Of a stretch of DNA of 64,000 nt, positions 45,593 through 54,878 are shown one piece after another; the stretch's first letter is position 1; each line of letters starts with the position of its first letter. The notes below the pieces were generated by a model that was not told where the DNA came from, made no database searches, and was given only the letters and a program-made list of their open reading frames with translations. The translations under genes and the position numbers were made by a program. Location of the stretch: positions 1 through 64,000 of the IMG/VR virus record IMGVR_UViG_3300008735_000002; one strand, written 5' to 3'. The DNA is from a virus.

Positions 45593-45979
45593 CTATGCAT
45601 TAAGACGCTCACAAATAATCCCATGTTTCTTTACATAGGCATCAAAAAATTCCTTATGATCCACGCCAGCCAAAACAACAATCGCCAAAAAATAATTGAA
45701 CGCATCAATCATTTCTTCTAAAAATTCCTCACGATCGAATTCTGGCACACCGTAAGTCGCTTCACGATGATTCTTCCAATTCTTTAAGTGAAGTAAGGCC
45801 TCAAACAGTTCTTCCATTCCCCGGAATGCAAATTCCCGAATAGCCTGTTGGTTCTTTTTCTTGCTAAGATCCACTGGCCAGGGAGGATACGCATCAGGAA
45901 TGCGCTCGTTGATTAAGCTCATGAATTCTTCTCGTAATGAGAATACTTCTTCCAGCTTATTGTTCGACAACTTCTTCAT
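45593..45979 (-). CDS. all-alpha NTP pyrophosphatase (T4 gp56 dCTPase/dimeric dUTPase/MazG-like; start moved to 45979)
   Basis: MEELFEAL...KNWK...EEFLEEMIDAFNYF (two ExxE/ExxD clusters). Confidence 0.8.
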   Translation of the reverse strand: MKKLSNNKLEEVFSLREEFMSLINERIPDAYPPWPVDLSKKKNQQAIREFAFRGMEELFEALLHLKNWKNHREATYGVPEFDREEFLEEMIDAFNYFLAIVVLAGVDHKEFFDAYVKKHGIICERLNA

Positions 45980-46247
45980 CCGTTGCGTTCGTAATATTCT
46001 CGTTAACCTCAGCCAACATACGCTCAAGATTATTATTAAAATTTTCCGCGTACTGGGGGTGAACTTCTATTTTGCCATCATTCGCATTAATCGTAAAACT
46101 CACTGCTCGAAAATGATCAATGATATCAGTCCCTGTAAGAATGGCAAGCTGTAGTAGTTGCGCGACATGACCGATCGCATTGTCGGATAGATTGTGAACG
46201 ACCCCGGTAACATCCAGGTCATCTGATACTTCAGAAGTAATTTCCAT
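45957..46247 (-). CDS. hypothetical protein
   Basis: SD GGAG and promoter upstream. Confidence 0.6.
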   Translation of the reverse strand: MEITSEVSDDLDVTGVVHNLSDNAIGHVAQLLQLAILTGTDIIDHFRAVSFTINANDGKIEVHPQYAENFNNNLERMLAEVNENITNATDEEVVEQ

Positions 46248-46277
46248 TTTCTTTCTCCTTGTAGAAATTCATTAAGC

Positions 46278-46306
46278 ATTATAGTTCTATGAACGCTAGG
46301 TGTACA
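46278..46306 (-). promoter_or_regulatory. sigma70-type promoter
   Basis: TGTACA-17-TATAAT. Confidence 0.65.
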
Positions 46307-46314
46307 CTAAAAAA

Positions 46315-46743
46315 TCAGCCATACTCTTTAGTCAATAAAAAACCATAATAATCATTAAGAGCATGATCTTCAGGGTAAGTGCTCTTCCACTTTCCCTTTA
46401 TAAAAATTTCATAGGTGTCATCGGCATATTTCCCGCAACCATAAAGCTCTGCGGCTCTATCCCATTTTTTAGTTACAAATTCCTCGCTAAATCTTTTAAG
46501 CGTCTTTGCGCGGCGATTTGCTAGCCCAAGAGGTCGGATCAAATTCTTCAAATCATTTTCATCACACTCAACCAGGGATTCCGGATTTGGGAACTTTTCG
46601 AAAAATTCCGCTATGATGGGTTCCACTTGTTTACGAGATGTTTGATTCAAAAGTAAACAGACAATGAGTATCTTCCACCCGTCAGGCCAGAACCGCTCTT
46701 GTAATAAATCATACGGAGACTCGGGAGGGATCCATGTTACCAT
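46315..46743 (-). CDS. MBD4-like HhH-GPD mismatch DNA glycosylase
   Basis: LLNQT, PLGL..RRA, LYGCGKYADDTYEIF, YPEDHALNDY (human MBD4: HPEDHKLNKY). Confidence 0.88.
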   Translation of the reverse strand: MVTWIPPESPYDLLQERFWPDGWKILIVCLLLNQTSRKQVEPIIAEFFEKFPNPESLVECDENDLKNLIRPLGLANRRAKTLKRFSEEFVTKKWDRAAELYGCGKYADDTYEIFIKGKWKSTYPEDHALNDYYGFLLTKEYG

Positions 46744-46771
46744 ATGTTATGATAACAGTTTTCTCTGTTTT

Positions 46772-47092
46772 TTACAGATAATTCATAGCCCAAGCAAAGG
46801 CAGCCATAGCAAATTGGACCACTGCAAAAACAGTGACTGCCTTCGTCTTAAAAACCTTGAGGTCTTCCACTTCTCTGACCATTGTGCTCAGCTGCGTTGG
46901 GGACGCCACTTCGTCGATCTTCTCTTTCCAAGCCTTGAGATCATCAACACGATCTTCTCTTTCACGCATTCTAGCAATTTCTTGCTTAAGCTCTTGAATT
47001 TCGGAATTTAGTGCCGTAATACTGGTAGCTAGCGTCTCGAGCTCTTTAAGGACTAATCGCGAGTATTCACTCCATCCACTATCTTCAGGCAT
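46772..47092 (-). CDS. coiled-coil protein with C-terminal TM (start probably 47092)
   Basis: MPEDSGWSEY..., coiled coil, hydrophobic C-terminus. Confidence 0.55.
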   Translation of the reverse strand: MPEDSGWSEYSRLVLKELETLATSITALNSEIQELKQEIARMREREDRVDDLKAWKEKIDEVASPTQLSTMVREVEDLKVFKTKAVTVFAVVQFAMAAFAWAMNYL

Positions 47093-47093
47093 A

Positions 47094-47348
47094 TCATTCT
47101 CCAGTTGGTTCGATTTCAGGAACAGATAAAAGCTCACCAAGAATATGCTCTACCTTTTCCTTACACCACTCTGGAGTTGCAGATGAATCGGGCTTACTTA
47201 AGTGTTCATGCATGTTCTGTAATTCACAAACCACAAAATCCCTCACTTCAAATCCAACTTTCCATTCAGCAGAGTTGCTACATAATTTATCTCTTAAACT
47301 ACGAAGCTTCGCCACCCTAACTTGAAAACAATCAGAATCACTAGACAT
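47094..47348 (-). CDS. hypothetical protein
   Basis: Packed ORF. Confidence 0.45.
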   Translation of the reverse strand: MSSDSDCFQVRVAKLRSLRDKLCSNSAEWKVGFEVRDFVVCELQNMHEHLSKPDSSATPEWCKEKVEHILGELLSVPEIEPTGE

Positions 47349-47406
47349 ACAGGCACCCCAAACAAACGCTAAGCAGAATGTGCATTTTTAATTATGCATT
47401 TATCCG

Positions 47407-47967
47407 CTATTTTCTCGATGTACCCTCTAAAATACGCTGTTTAATTTCAGTTGTGCTTATGCCGCCTGTGTAGGGAATATAGACAAGCACCATCCCGTTT
47501 TTTTCAATCCATTCTTGTGTAAATTGCATTTGAGAATAATAGTCTTTTTTTGCCCAATCATCACCAATCGCGATGATGTGCGGATTAACTTTCATGATTG
47601 TCTGCTTGCTGTCTTCCCCAGACAAATTGGGAACAACTGCTGATACATACTCGCAATTTAATAGCGACTTTTCTCTTTCTTCGTACGTCATGATAGGGGG
47701 TGAGCCCTTAAACTTGGCGATAAAACCATCTAGATTAAGCGCCACAATAACTTCATCTGCGAGATGACTACATTGTCTCAAAAAATTAATGTGTCCATAA
47801 TGGAATAAATCGAATGTTCCACCCGTGTACAACACTCTTTTTTTCGCTGGCTCATCACTCATCTTACCACCGTATATTTGAAACAGAACGCAACCATTTC
47901 TGAGAGTGGTTTGTTGGGTCGACACAGCATTCGAAACCACTCGCCAGTGACTGCCTCTCCATAACAC
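47407..47967 (-). CDS. cytidylyltransferase (TagD/RfaE-like HxGH nucleotidyltransferase)
   Basis: YTGGTFDLFHYGH, GDDW, YTGGISTT; true start probably MSDEP. Confidence 0.88.
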   Translation of the reverse strand: MLWRGSHWRVVSNAVSTQQTTLRNGCVLFQIYGGKMSDEPAKKRVLYTGGTFDLFHYGHINFLRQCSHLADEVIVALNLDGFIAKFKGSPPIMTYEEREKSLLNCEYVSAVVPNLSGEDSKQTIMKVNPHIIAIGDDWAKKDYYSQMQFTQEWIEKNGMVLVYIPYTGGISTTEIKQRILEGTSRK

Positions 47968-48620
47968 CTGGTAACGCCAAGTGCCGATGCTATTTCTTTT
48001 TCGTGATCGTGTTGGCTACATATCTCATGAAAATTCTTGCCTGTGCTCAACCAAACCATCTCGTTCATAGGTTGGTTTCGTCGCAGCTGTTTCTCGCCAT
48101 GCTGTAATCGAGCTGGGCCCACGGGACATTGGTGTTGGTGCGTCTCAATAATCGCAATCGAATCGCTTAATCCTGATAACGTATCGCTTGCAGGAAAATC
48201 ATCGAACGTTACATCGGACCGCATTCGAACATAAATGCCGTCCGTGGTTGCGGGAGGGTATTGATCAACTACCCTTTTTATTTTATAGTATTGACAACTT
48301 AGATTCGTTTTCGAAGATGTAAAAGGAGTGGCCTTGTCGACCTTCGGCTCTACCTCTCCAAGTACTGAAACTGCTCCAAGCGACAGAAAAAAAGCATCAA
48401 TATTCTTAAGGCTGACATCTTCTTTTGAAAGCTCATAATCCTCAGCACGAATTTCATTTGGAAAGAATCGCGTTGAACGCTCTATAGAGTCCCAAAATGA
48501 ATACCGAACATGGATCGAACAATCAGGTAATTGATTTTTTATTGTTTCGAAAACCTTGGGCGTCGTAACGAATAGAGTTCGTACATCACCCGAATAATAC
48601 AAAAATATTTCTTCAGACAT
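47859..48620 (-). CDS. putative glycosyltransferase-like protein
   Basis: SFWD...QYYKI...DGIYVRMRSDV pattern; adjacent to the nucleotidyltransferase. Confidence 0.4.
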   Translation of the reverse strand: MSEEIFLYYSGDVRTLFVTTPKVFETIKNQLPDCSIHVRYSFWDSIERSTRFFPNEIRAEDYELSKEDVSLKNIDAFFLSLGAVSVLGEVEPKVDKATPFTSSKTNLSCQYYKIKRVVDQYPPATTDGIYVRMRSDVTFDDFPASDTLSGLSDSIAIIETHQHQCPVGPARLQHGEKQLRRNQPMNEMVWLSTGKNFHEICSQHDHEKEIASALGVTRCYGEAVTGEWFRMLCRPNKPLSEMVAFCFKYTVVR

Positions 48621-48660
48621 ATCAGTATTTCTCCAGAGTGTGAAGCTTTACTAAGTATGT

Positions 48661-49368
48661 CTACGTCATTTTACGTTCTCGATAAGCCGATATTGTTTCA
48701 GGCCAGATTTCTTCGGCAATTTGTAAGCACGCTTTAGCTAGCTGCTGTATCTCCCACTGGGCACTTTCATGCAAACGCAGCTCGATAAATTTTAATAAAT
48801 TATTGAGATTAACGGTTCCGTAATACTCTGTATATAAACTTTGCGGAAGCACAGCACGAGCCTGTTCACGACACACTCCGGAAGACATTAGTCTATGGTA
48901 AAGAGTAAGACATGTCTTGTTATGCGTCCTGACCACGCTTGACGCAGAAGTGCCATAATCGGGATCGCTTAAATCAGGGATCATCACAGGATCAATTTTC
49001 TTATTTAAATTAGAGGCTTGACGATTGGACTTGTGCTGTGTTCTAAACTCTTGAGGTTCATAAAAGCGAATGTCTACGTCAGTGTATCTTCGAGATATCT
49101 CATTATAAGACCAAGTTCTATGACGATGGTGCTGGCTACGCACAAAGAGAGGTACAGTAAAGCGAAAAGTGATAACGTTGTGCTCAAGCGTTGACGTATG
49201 CTTGTGATTGATGAGATAACGAATAAGCTTCTTATCTTTTCCATCTAACTCTTCCCTAACTTTTCCAAAAGAAACCCTAGCGCTGTTCACCACTGTTAAA
49301 TCGGATCCCATATGCTCCACGTATTCGACTGCGCCAATGGCGTCATCATAAAGTTCGATTCTTTTCAC
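48661..49368 (-). CDS. thyX: flavin-dependent thymidylate synthase
   Basis: VNSARVS, HTSTLEH, RHRTWSYNEISRRY, REQARAVLP, FIELR...AQWEI. Confidence 0.95.
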   Translation of the reverse strand: MKRIELYDDAIGAVEYVEHMGSDLTVVNSARVSFGKVREELDGKDKKLIRYLINHKHTSTLEHNVITFRFTVPLFVRSQHHRHRTWSYNEISRRYTDVDIRFYEPQEFRTQHKSNRQASNLNKKIDPVMIPDLSDPDYGTSASSVVRTHNKTCLTLYHRLMSSGVCREQARAVLPQSLYTEYYGTVNLNNLLKFIELRLHESAQWEIQQLAKACLQIAEEIWPETISAYRERKMT

Positions 49369-49800
49369 TCAGTACTCCATGTCTTTTCGAATTTCTTCTT
49401 CGCTCTTCGTTCTTTTATCTTGGTACTCTTTCTTTATATTGATAATTGGAACGGGTTCACCGTCACCATCTATTCTTACAAACGTCATTTCAACTTCACA
49501 TACCGGGCGTTGAGAACCGTTCACAACGCTGTGTCGTCTGGCTTGAAGCGCCACTGTGATAGAAGAGCTCCCAATTTTGACAACATCACCGTACACCTTT
49601 ATAATCTGACCTGGGCGGACTGGACGCTGAAACACTACTTGCGAAATGCATTTAGTCACCATCCTTGGAGAACCACACACTTGAGCAGTAAATGCAGCGC
49701 CGGCTTCGTCCAGCCAAGAGAGCATAACACCCCCAAAGAGATTACCATGCACCCCGATATTCTGTCCTTTGCAAATATGAGTAGAGATTAATTGCATCAT
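49369..49800 (-). CDS. HotDog-fold acyl-CoA thioesterase (YciA-like)
   Basis: HGNLFGGVMLSWLDEAG, F.RPV, MTFVRID. Confidence 0.85.
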   Translation of the reverse strand: MMQLISTHICKGQNIGVHGNLFGGVMLSWLDEAGAAFTAQVCGSPRMVTKCISQVVFQRPVRPGQIIKVYGDVVKIGSSSITVALQARRHSVVNGSQRPVCEVEMTFVRIDGDGEPVPIINIKKEYQDKRTKSEEEIRKDMEY

Positions 49801-49811
49801 TTTATTTTTCT

Positions 49812-50822
49812 CTACAAAATAAATCTACAAATTTGTAGCGCAACTCGATATGGATCACAACCCGATGATGGACGCCGGTCCTCAAGATATCCGCGCCATC
49901 CAGCTGTTGGAACTGAATTAGGGATCCGGACTGACGCTCCCCTGGAGGCGATTCCGCAACTAAATTCTTCCATGCTTGCTGTCTCAAATCCGCCTGTTAA
50001 CCTCAAGGCGTTATCTGGTCCATACTCACGAATCGATTCATCATGATATTTTTCCATGTTGGCGATAACCCTATCAAAGATTTCTTTTTCACCGGATTCG
50101 CGCATTGATTTTGTAGAAAAATTAGTATGACATCCTGACCCATTCCATCCAGCATGTGGCTTAGGGTGCCAATCTATCCCGAGTACTAAGTCTTCTGCCA
50201 TTAGCTCCAGCAAATAGCGGCTTACCCAAAGGGCGTCTGATGCTTCTAGCGGATCTGCGCCAAAACACTGGTATTCCCATTGACCTGGCGAAACCTCTGC
50301 GTTGTAACCCACAACTCGAATCCCTAGTGAATTACAAAAAGATGCATGTTCGCGAACGAGCTTCCGATACTTCACACTTCCACCCGATGAGCAGTAATAG
50401 CGAGAATCTTTTATAGGCTCACCCTGGTCTGGCCAAAAAACGTTCTTGCCTTCTGACGTGATAAAGTACTCTTGCTCAAACCCTATCCACAACTCTTTTG
50501 TAGCAATGCCATCTTCGACCAATTTACGTAGCTTGGCTCGATAATTTGTTTCATGTGGTGTTCTTTCCTCATCTGGTAAACACACTTCACAAATAGCCAC
50601 GTAATGATTATCTGCTACTTGATATACTCGGTGAGGCTTTAAAATTCTTTCTGAATCTTCTGTCGGAGCCTGTCCTGTGGAAGAACCGTCAAAATTCCAC
50701 TCAGGTACTTTTAGCTCTACTTCACCACCCTCATTAGGCGTAAGCTGGACCATTTTTGTTTTTGACCGGAGTGCGGGATGATCAAACCCGTCAACCCAGA
50801 GATAATCTAGATGAACTAACAA
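49812..50822 (-). CDS. glnII: glutamine synthetase type II
   Basis: WNFDGSSTGQA, GFEQEY, NAEVSPGQWEYQ, HPKP...WNGSGCHTNFST, RLTG..ET, RGASVRIP, GYLEDRRP. Confidence 0.93.
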   Translation of the reverse strand: MLVHLDYLWVDGFDHPALRSKTKMVQLTPNEGGEVELKVPEWNFDGSSTGQAPTEDSERILKPHRVYQVADNHYVAICEVCLPDEERTPHETNYRAKLRKLVEDGIATKELWIGFEQEYFITSEGKNVFWPDQGEPIKDSRYYCSSGGSVKYRKLVREHASFCNSLGIRVVGYNAEVSPGQWEYQCFGADPLEASDALWVSRYLLELMAEDLVLGIDWHPKPHAGWNGSGCHTNFSTKSMRESGEKEIFDRVIANMEKYHDESIREYGPDNALRLTGGFETASMEEFSCGIASRGASVRIPNSVPTAGWRGYLEDRRPSSGCDPYRVALQICRFIL

Positions 50823-50824
50823 AG

Positions 50825-51736
50825 CTATTCCTCCATCTCTTTTAGCATCTTGGCGATATCAAGATTCGCGCAATCAATCTTCTTTGACGTTTGGTGATAA
50901 TGGCTTACAAACCCGTTGAACCTGCCATTTCTAACAGAGGAATCTTGCTCCCTACTTGTCATGAAATCCTCATCACCTGATTCAGGGGCCTCGAATGGAA
51001 TCCCATAAGCTTCATGACACGCAACCCAAAGCGCTTTAAGCGCTTCCATCTGAACGTCATAAAACCCCAGAAAATCTTCCATTTCACGCCCATGACATTC
51101 TCCATCTGTCACCACAGGCCTTTCACCAAACCCGTGTTTAATATACCAACTCTGGTATTTCGTATAATAAGCGTTACTAATTTCAACACCAACAGCACAG
51201 CGGTTAACAGCCCCGGCATGCCATGCGCCGTGTTGAGTGTCTAACATCTGATATATTGTGCCGTCATTATCAATCAAAAAATGGACCGATATACCGCGGC
51301 GATTGAGTACTTTCGCGCAGGACTCTGAGCTTAGACAAACATCCCAATGGTTCACAAACATAGTTGGCTTACGATCAGGCTTCCCTGAGTAATCATAGTA
51401 CGTTCCAGAATTCGACTTAAATCCGCCCTCTTCATCCCATAAAACAACCTTTGGCCAATTAATTGTAATCGGGTGACCATTACAGATGATATAGCTTTGG
51501 TCTTTCTCTTGAGGGCATGTATAAATGAAATCGCTTATTTCCGATTCTCTTTCAGTCCATATACGACGATACGTTGTTGGTCCGCAAAGTCCGTCCGCAG
51601 TTAGACCCCTCTCTTTCTGCCATTTTCTAATAGCACTGACTAGCTTCTCATCGTGATATATCGCGCCGAACCATTCGGGTGTCCACCCCAATGAATCAGC
51701 CGAGCTCTTGTTATAAAAAACCTTGTCAATTGGCAT
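50825..51736 (-). CDS. endolysin: peptidoglycan-binding domain plus Amidase_2
   Basis: IRKWQKERGLTADGLCGPTT; VNHWD, SVHFLIDNDG, AWHAG, VGVEI, SHYH...KIDC. Confidence 0.85.
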   Translation of the reverse strand: MPIDKVFYNKSSADSLGWTPEWFGAIYHDEKLVSAIRKWQKERGLTADGLCGPTTYRRIWTERESEISDFIYTCPQEKDQSYIICNGHPITINWPKVVLWDEEGGFKSNSGTYYDYSGKPDRKPTMFVNHWDVCLSSESCAKVLNRRGISVHFLIDNDGTIYQMLDTQHGAWHAGAVNRCAVGVEISNAYYTKYQSWYIKHGFGERPVVTDGECHGREMEDFLGFYDVQMEALKALWVACHEAYGIPFEAPESGDEDFMTSREQDSSVRNGRFNGFVSHYHQTSKKIDCANLDIAKMLKEMEE

Positions 51737-51744
51737 TTGCCTTC

Positions 51745-52347
51745 CTACTCAAAATCTATGTCAACGCTTACTTTAATAGACAGCTTTGGGACGCGGAGTT
51801 GATTAGCCAGCCCGTGCTTTTTTGCTGCAGGAGCATCTAAAAACCAGTCAGCATGTCCCTTCTTGTGCACGAGTTTTAGAAAGTAGTCATCCTTCTTTCC
51901 ACAGTTTCTAGCCATCATTGTATACACAATCTGGTTGAGTCTATCAGTTTCTTCCGCGCTGACTTTCACTTCTTCAACTTTACCCCATGCCATACTTGAA
52001 ACATCATGAATCATAATGGTCGCATCAGGATCCATAAATCGAAGCCCTTGCTCGCCAAAAGAAAAAAGAATTGCACCGCACGACATAGCTTTTCCCTCTA
52101 CTATCGTAGCGACCGGGAGTTCTGCATGTTTTATCGCAGAGATCATAGCCATTAAGCTGTATACTTGTCCCCCATACGAGTCAATGATTACGGGGATAAC
52201 TTTTTGTCCTGTATTGTGAGCTGTTCCCATTTCAAGCATAAACTTCTTCGCCGAATCTTCGTCAAACTTATTTACCCTAATAATCACAGGCGGCTTTCTC
52301 AGCTCAACCTCTTTTAACTTGGGATCTAATTCAGATGTCCAGTGCAT
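51745..52347 (-). CDS. clpP: ClpP-family protease subunit
   Basis: IDSYGG, GKAMSCGA (Ser), IMIHD (His), DWFLDA. Confidence 0.88.
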   Translation of the reverse strand: MHWTSELDPKLKEVELRKPPVIIRVNKFDEDSAKKFMLEMGTAHNTGQKVIPVIIDSYGGQVYSLMAMISAIKHAELPVATIVEGKAMSCGAILFSFGEQGLRFMDPDATIMIHDVSSMAWGKVEEVKVSAEETDRLNQIVYTMMARNCGKKDDYFLKLVHKKGHADWFLDAPAAKKHGLANQLRVPKLSIKVSVDIDFE

Positions 52348-52362
52348 TTTTTCTCCTGTAGA

Positions 52363-54858
52363 TTATCCACATTTCGCCATTCCGCAGTTCACACAAGTTG
52401 CGCAACCTTCCTGATATATGATATTCGGATTGTCGCAACATGCTGTATCGAAAACTCCGTTGCTCGCTTTTGTTCCATCAGCTATATACTTCTTGAGACA
52501 ACGAGCTGTTACTTTTGCAAAACTAAATAGGTCGGCATCTTTATCTTTTTGTAATTGCTCGACCATATATTGAACGGGAACTCCATGTCGAAGCGCCAAC
52601 GAAATTGTTCTAGTGAATGCAGAATGATTTGGGTTATCAAAAACTTTCACGATATCCTTGATCACAAATTCGTCTCCATTGGTACCAACAATAAGATCAT
52701 ATTTAGAAGGAACAGACTTTCGAGATCGACGCCTTATCATACCAGACTGGTGCTTTCGTGGAATTTCTACATACTCAGACAATCCCCCAATAACCTCATA
52801 AGGCTTTCCGTCCATCAGACCTACTAGAATTGTCCAGGCTTCGCCCTTGATGTTCGCCTGATGAATATCACACTCCATAACTTCTGGACGACGCGGAGCT
52901 GACCTTGTAATAATCTCACCAGATTCTCGAGGGTTTGCTTCTTTCTTATTAGAAACCAGAACTCCTGTTCTGCTTCCATCTCGATAAACAGTAATTCCCT
53001 TACAACCCAATTCCCAGCCTGTCATATAAACTTGCTTTACTGTCTCAACATCAATATCTGAAGGAAGGTTGGTCGTATTTGATATTGCGTGGCACACCCA
53101 TTCTTGCGCCGCTGCTTGCATCTTCACTTTTGCGACCCAATCGATCTCCTTAGCAGTGGAATATTTATACGGACTTAATTCAACCATCTCGTCGATGGGA
53201 TTAGTATTTTGAAATATCGATTGCTCGATCCACTTTCTAAAACCATGGTGATAGACTGTATATTCCTGCCATCGATCGCCACTCTCGTCAACAAAGTCTA
53301 CCCTAGCATCTTCATCCTGACCCGTTAATTTTTTTCTACGAGTATAGTGGAGCATAAATGCGGGCTCAATACCAGATGTGGTCTGGGTCAATACTGACAC
53401 GGACCCAGCTGGGGCAGTCGTCGTTAATGCAATGTTTCTACGACCGTACTTTTTATTCATGCTCTTCAACTCTGGATCTTCACTCCATATCCGCTCCAGA
53501 AACGGGTGATCTTTTTCTTTTGAAGCGTCAAAAATTTCAAAAGCACCACGCTCTTTCGCCATTACGATTGAAGACCGATAAGCGTTTAACGCAAGAGCCC
53601 TGTATATCTTCCCTGTTAATTCAACACTCGCATCAGAACCATACTGAATATTCAACATTGCAAGAGCGTCGCCAAGTCCTGTTATTCCAAGACCAGTTCT
53701 ACGCCCAAGAAGTGCTTGTTGTTTTATTTTCGTCCATAACCCAAGCTCGATCGCCTTTGTGGAGGTAGACTCAGGATCTGTCTCAATTTTAGAAATAATC
53801 TTGTCTACTTGCTCAATCTCAAGATCAATCATATTGTCCATAAGGCGCTGCGCTTTCTGCGTCATCTCACCAAATTTCTTAAAATTAAATTTGCCCTTTT
53901 TCCAAGGTGACTTAACGAAACTCGTAAGATTAAGAAGCATAAGCCTGCAGCTATCGTACGGTGAAAGAATAATTTCCCCGCAAGGGTTAGTTGAAACAGA
54001 TCCAAAGCCGTCGCTTGAATAAGCATCCGTTGGTGTATATTTCTTTGCTGTATCCCAAAATAACACGCCTGGCTCAGCTGCTGCATGCGCTCCCTCGATA
54101 ATCTCGTGCCAAATATCTGAAGCAGAAACGCGTTCACTAATCGCCGGGTCGCTGGAGTCAACTGGCCAGCGCAGCTCGACATCTTCATCCTCACGAACTG
54201 CATTCATAAATTCATCAGAAACCCTAACAGAAATATTGGCCCCTGTTACTCTTGCAAGATTCTGTTTAATCTTAATAAAATCTCTAATCTGCGGATGATG
54301 GATGGATATCGTTAACATCAGGGCTCCCCGGCGGCCGCCCTGAGCTACTTCTCTACATGAATTAGAGAACCTATCCATAAACACTTCGATACCGTCTGTC
54401 GTACGAGCAGCGTTCGCGGTGGAAAGACCCTTCGGGCGGATAGTACTTAAGTCAAATCCGACGCCGCCGCGGCGCTTGGCGATCTGCACAAGCTCTTGGT
54501 CGGCTTTCAAGATCCCACCGTAACTATCCTCCGGTGCCGGAATAACAAAACAGTTCGAAAGACTTTGCACTCTCTCTTTATTACCGATTCCAGACATAGG
54601 AGACCCTTGAGGGACTACGTACTTAAAGCGATCAAGCATCTCAAAGATTTCATCATATGACATTGGATTGGGATACTTTTGCTCTATGCGGTAGAGCTCA
54701 GATGCGATTCTTTCGTGCATTTCACTTGGCGATTTTTCTAGATAATTGCCGTGCTTATCAGTTAAAAGATATTTCGTCGTCACCACGTTAGCAGCTAATT
54801 CATCACCCGAAAAATATTCTAGTGATGCGTTATATGCATCCTGATAATCATACTTCAT
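52363..54858 (-). CDS. nrdJ: class II (adenosylcobalamin-dependent) ribonucleotide reductase
   Basis: SNCFV, RRGGVG, TNPCGE, SCRL, TAPAGSVS, KGITVYRDGSR; TSCPD and C-terminal Zn-ribbon domains. Confidence 0.93.
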   Translation of the reverse strand: MKYDYQDAYNASLEYFSGDELAANVVTTKYLLTDKHGNYLEKSPSEMHERIASELYRIEQKYPNPMSYDEIFEMLDRFKYVVPQGSPMSGIGNKERVQSLSNCFVIPAPEDSYGGILKADQELVQIAKRRGGVGFDLSTIRPKGLSTANAARTTDGIEVFMDRFSNSCREVAQGGRRGALMLTISIHHPQIRDFIKIKQNLARVTGANISVRVSDEFMNAVREDEDVELRWPVDSSDPAISERVSASDIWHEIIEGAHAAAEPGVLFWDTAKKYTPTDAYSSDGFGSVSTNPCGEIILSPYDSCRLMLLNLTSFVKSPWKKGKFNFKKFGEMTQKAQRLMDNMIDLEIEQVDKIISKIETDPESTSTKAIELGLWTKIKQQALLGRRTGLGITGLGDALAMLNIQYGSDASVELTGKIYRALALNAYRSSIVMAKERGAFEIFDASKEKDHPFLERIWSEDPELKSMNKKYGRRNIALTTTAPAGSVSVLTQTTSGIEPAFMLHYTRRKKLTGQDEDARVDFVDESGDRWQEYTVYHHGFRKWIEQSIFQNTNPIDEMVELSPYKYSTAKEIDWVAKVKMQAAAQEWVCHAISNTTNLPSDIDVETVKQVYMTGWELGCKGITVYRDGSRTGVLVSNKKEANPRESGEIITRSAPRRPEVMECDIHQANIKGEAWTILVGLMDGKPYEVIGGLSEYVEIPRKHQSGMIRRRSRKSVPSKYDLIVGTNGDEFVIKDIVKVFDNPNHSAFTRTISLALRHGVPVQYMVEQLQKDKDADLFSFAKVTARCLKKYIADGTKASNGVFDTACCDNPNIIYQEGCATCVNCGMAKCG

Positions 54859-54878
54859 CCGATCCCCAATTCTTAAGC

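Noticed and set aside
51745-52347. ClpP as the prohead protease cutting the LxE tags
   Set aside because: It lies among metabolic genes, has no late-type box, and ClpP is not known for Glu-specific cleavage.
53862-54203. Alternative-frame ORFs inside long genes (also 30362-30613, 35135-35404, 57554-57781)
   Set aside because: Fully nested in well-supported genes, with no motifs or SD sites.
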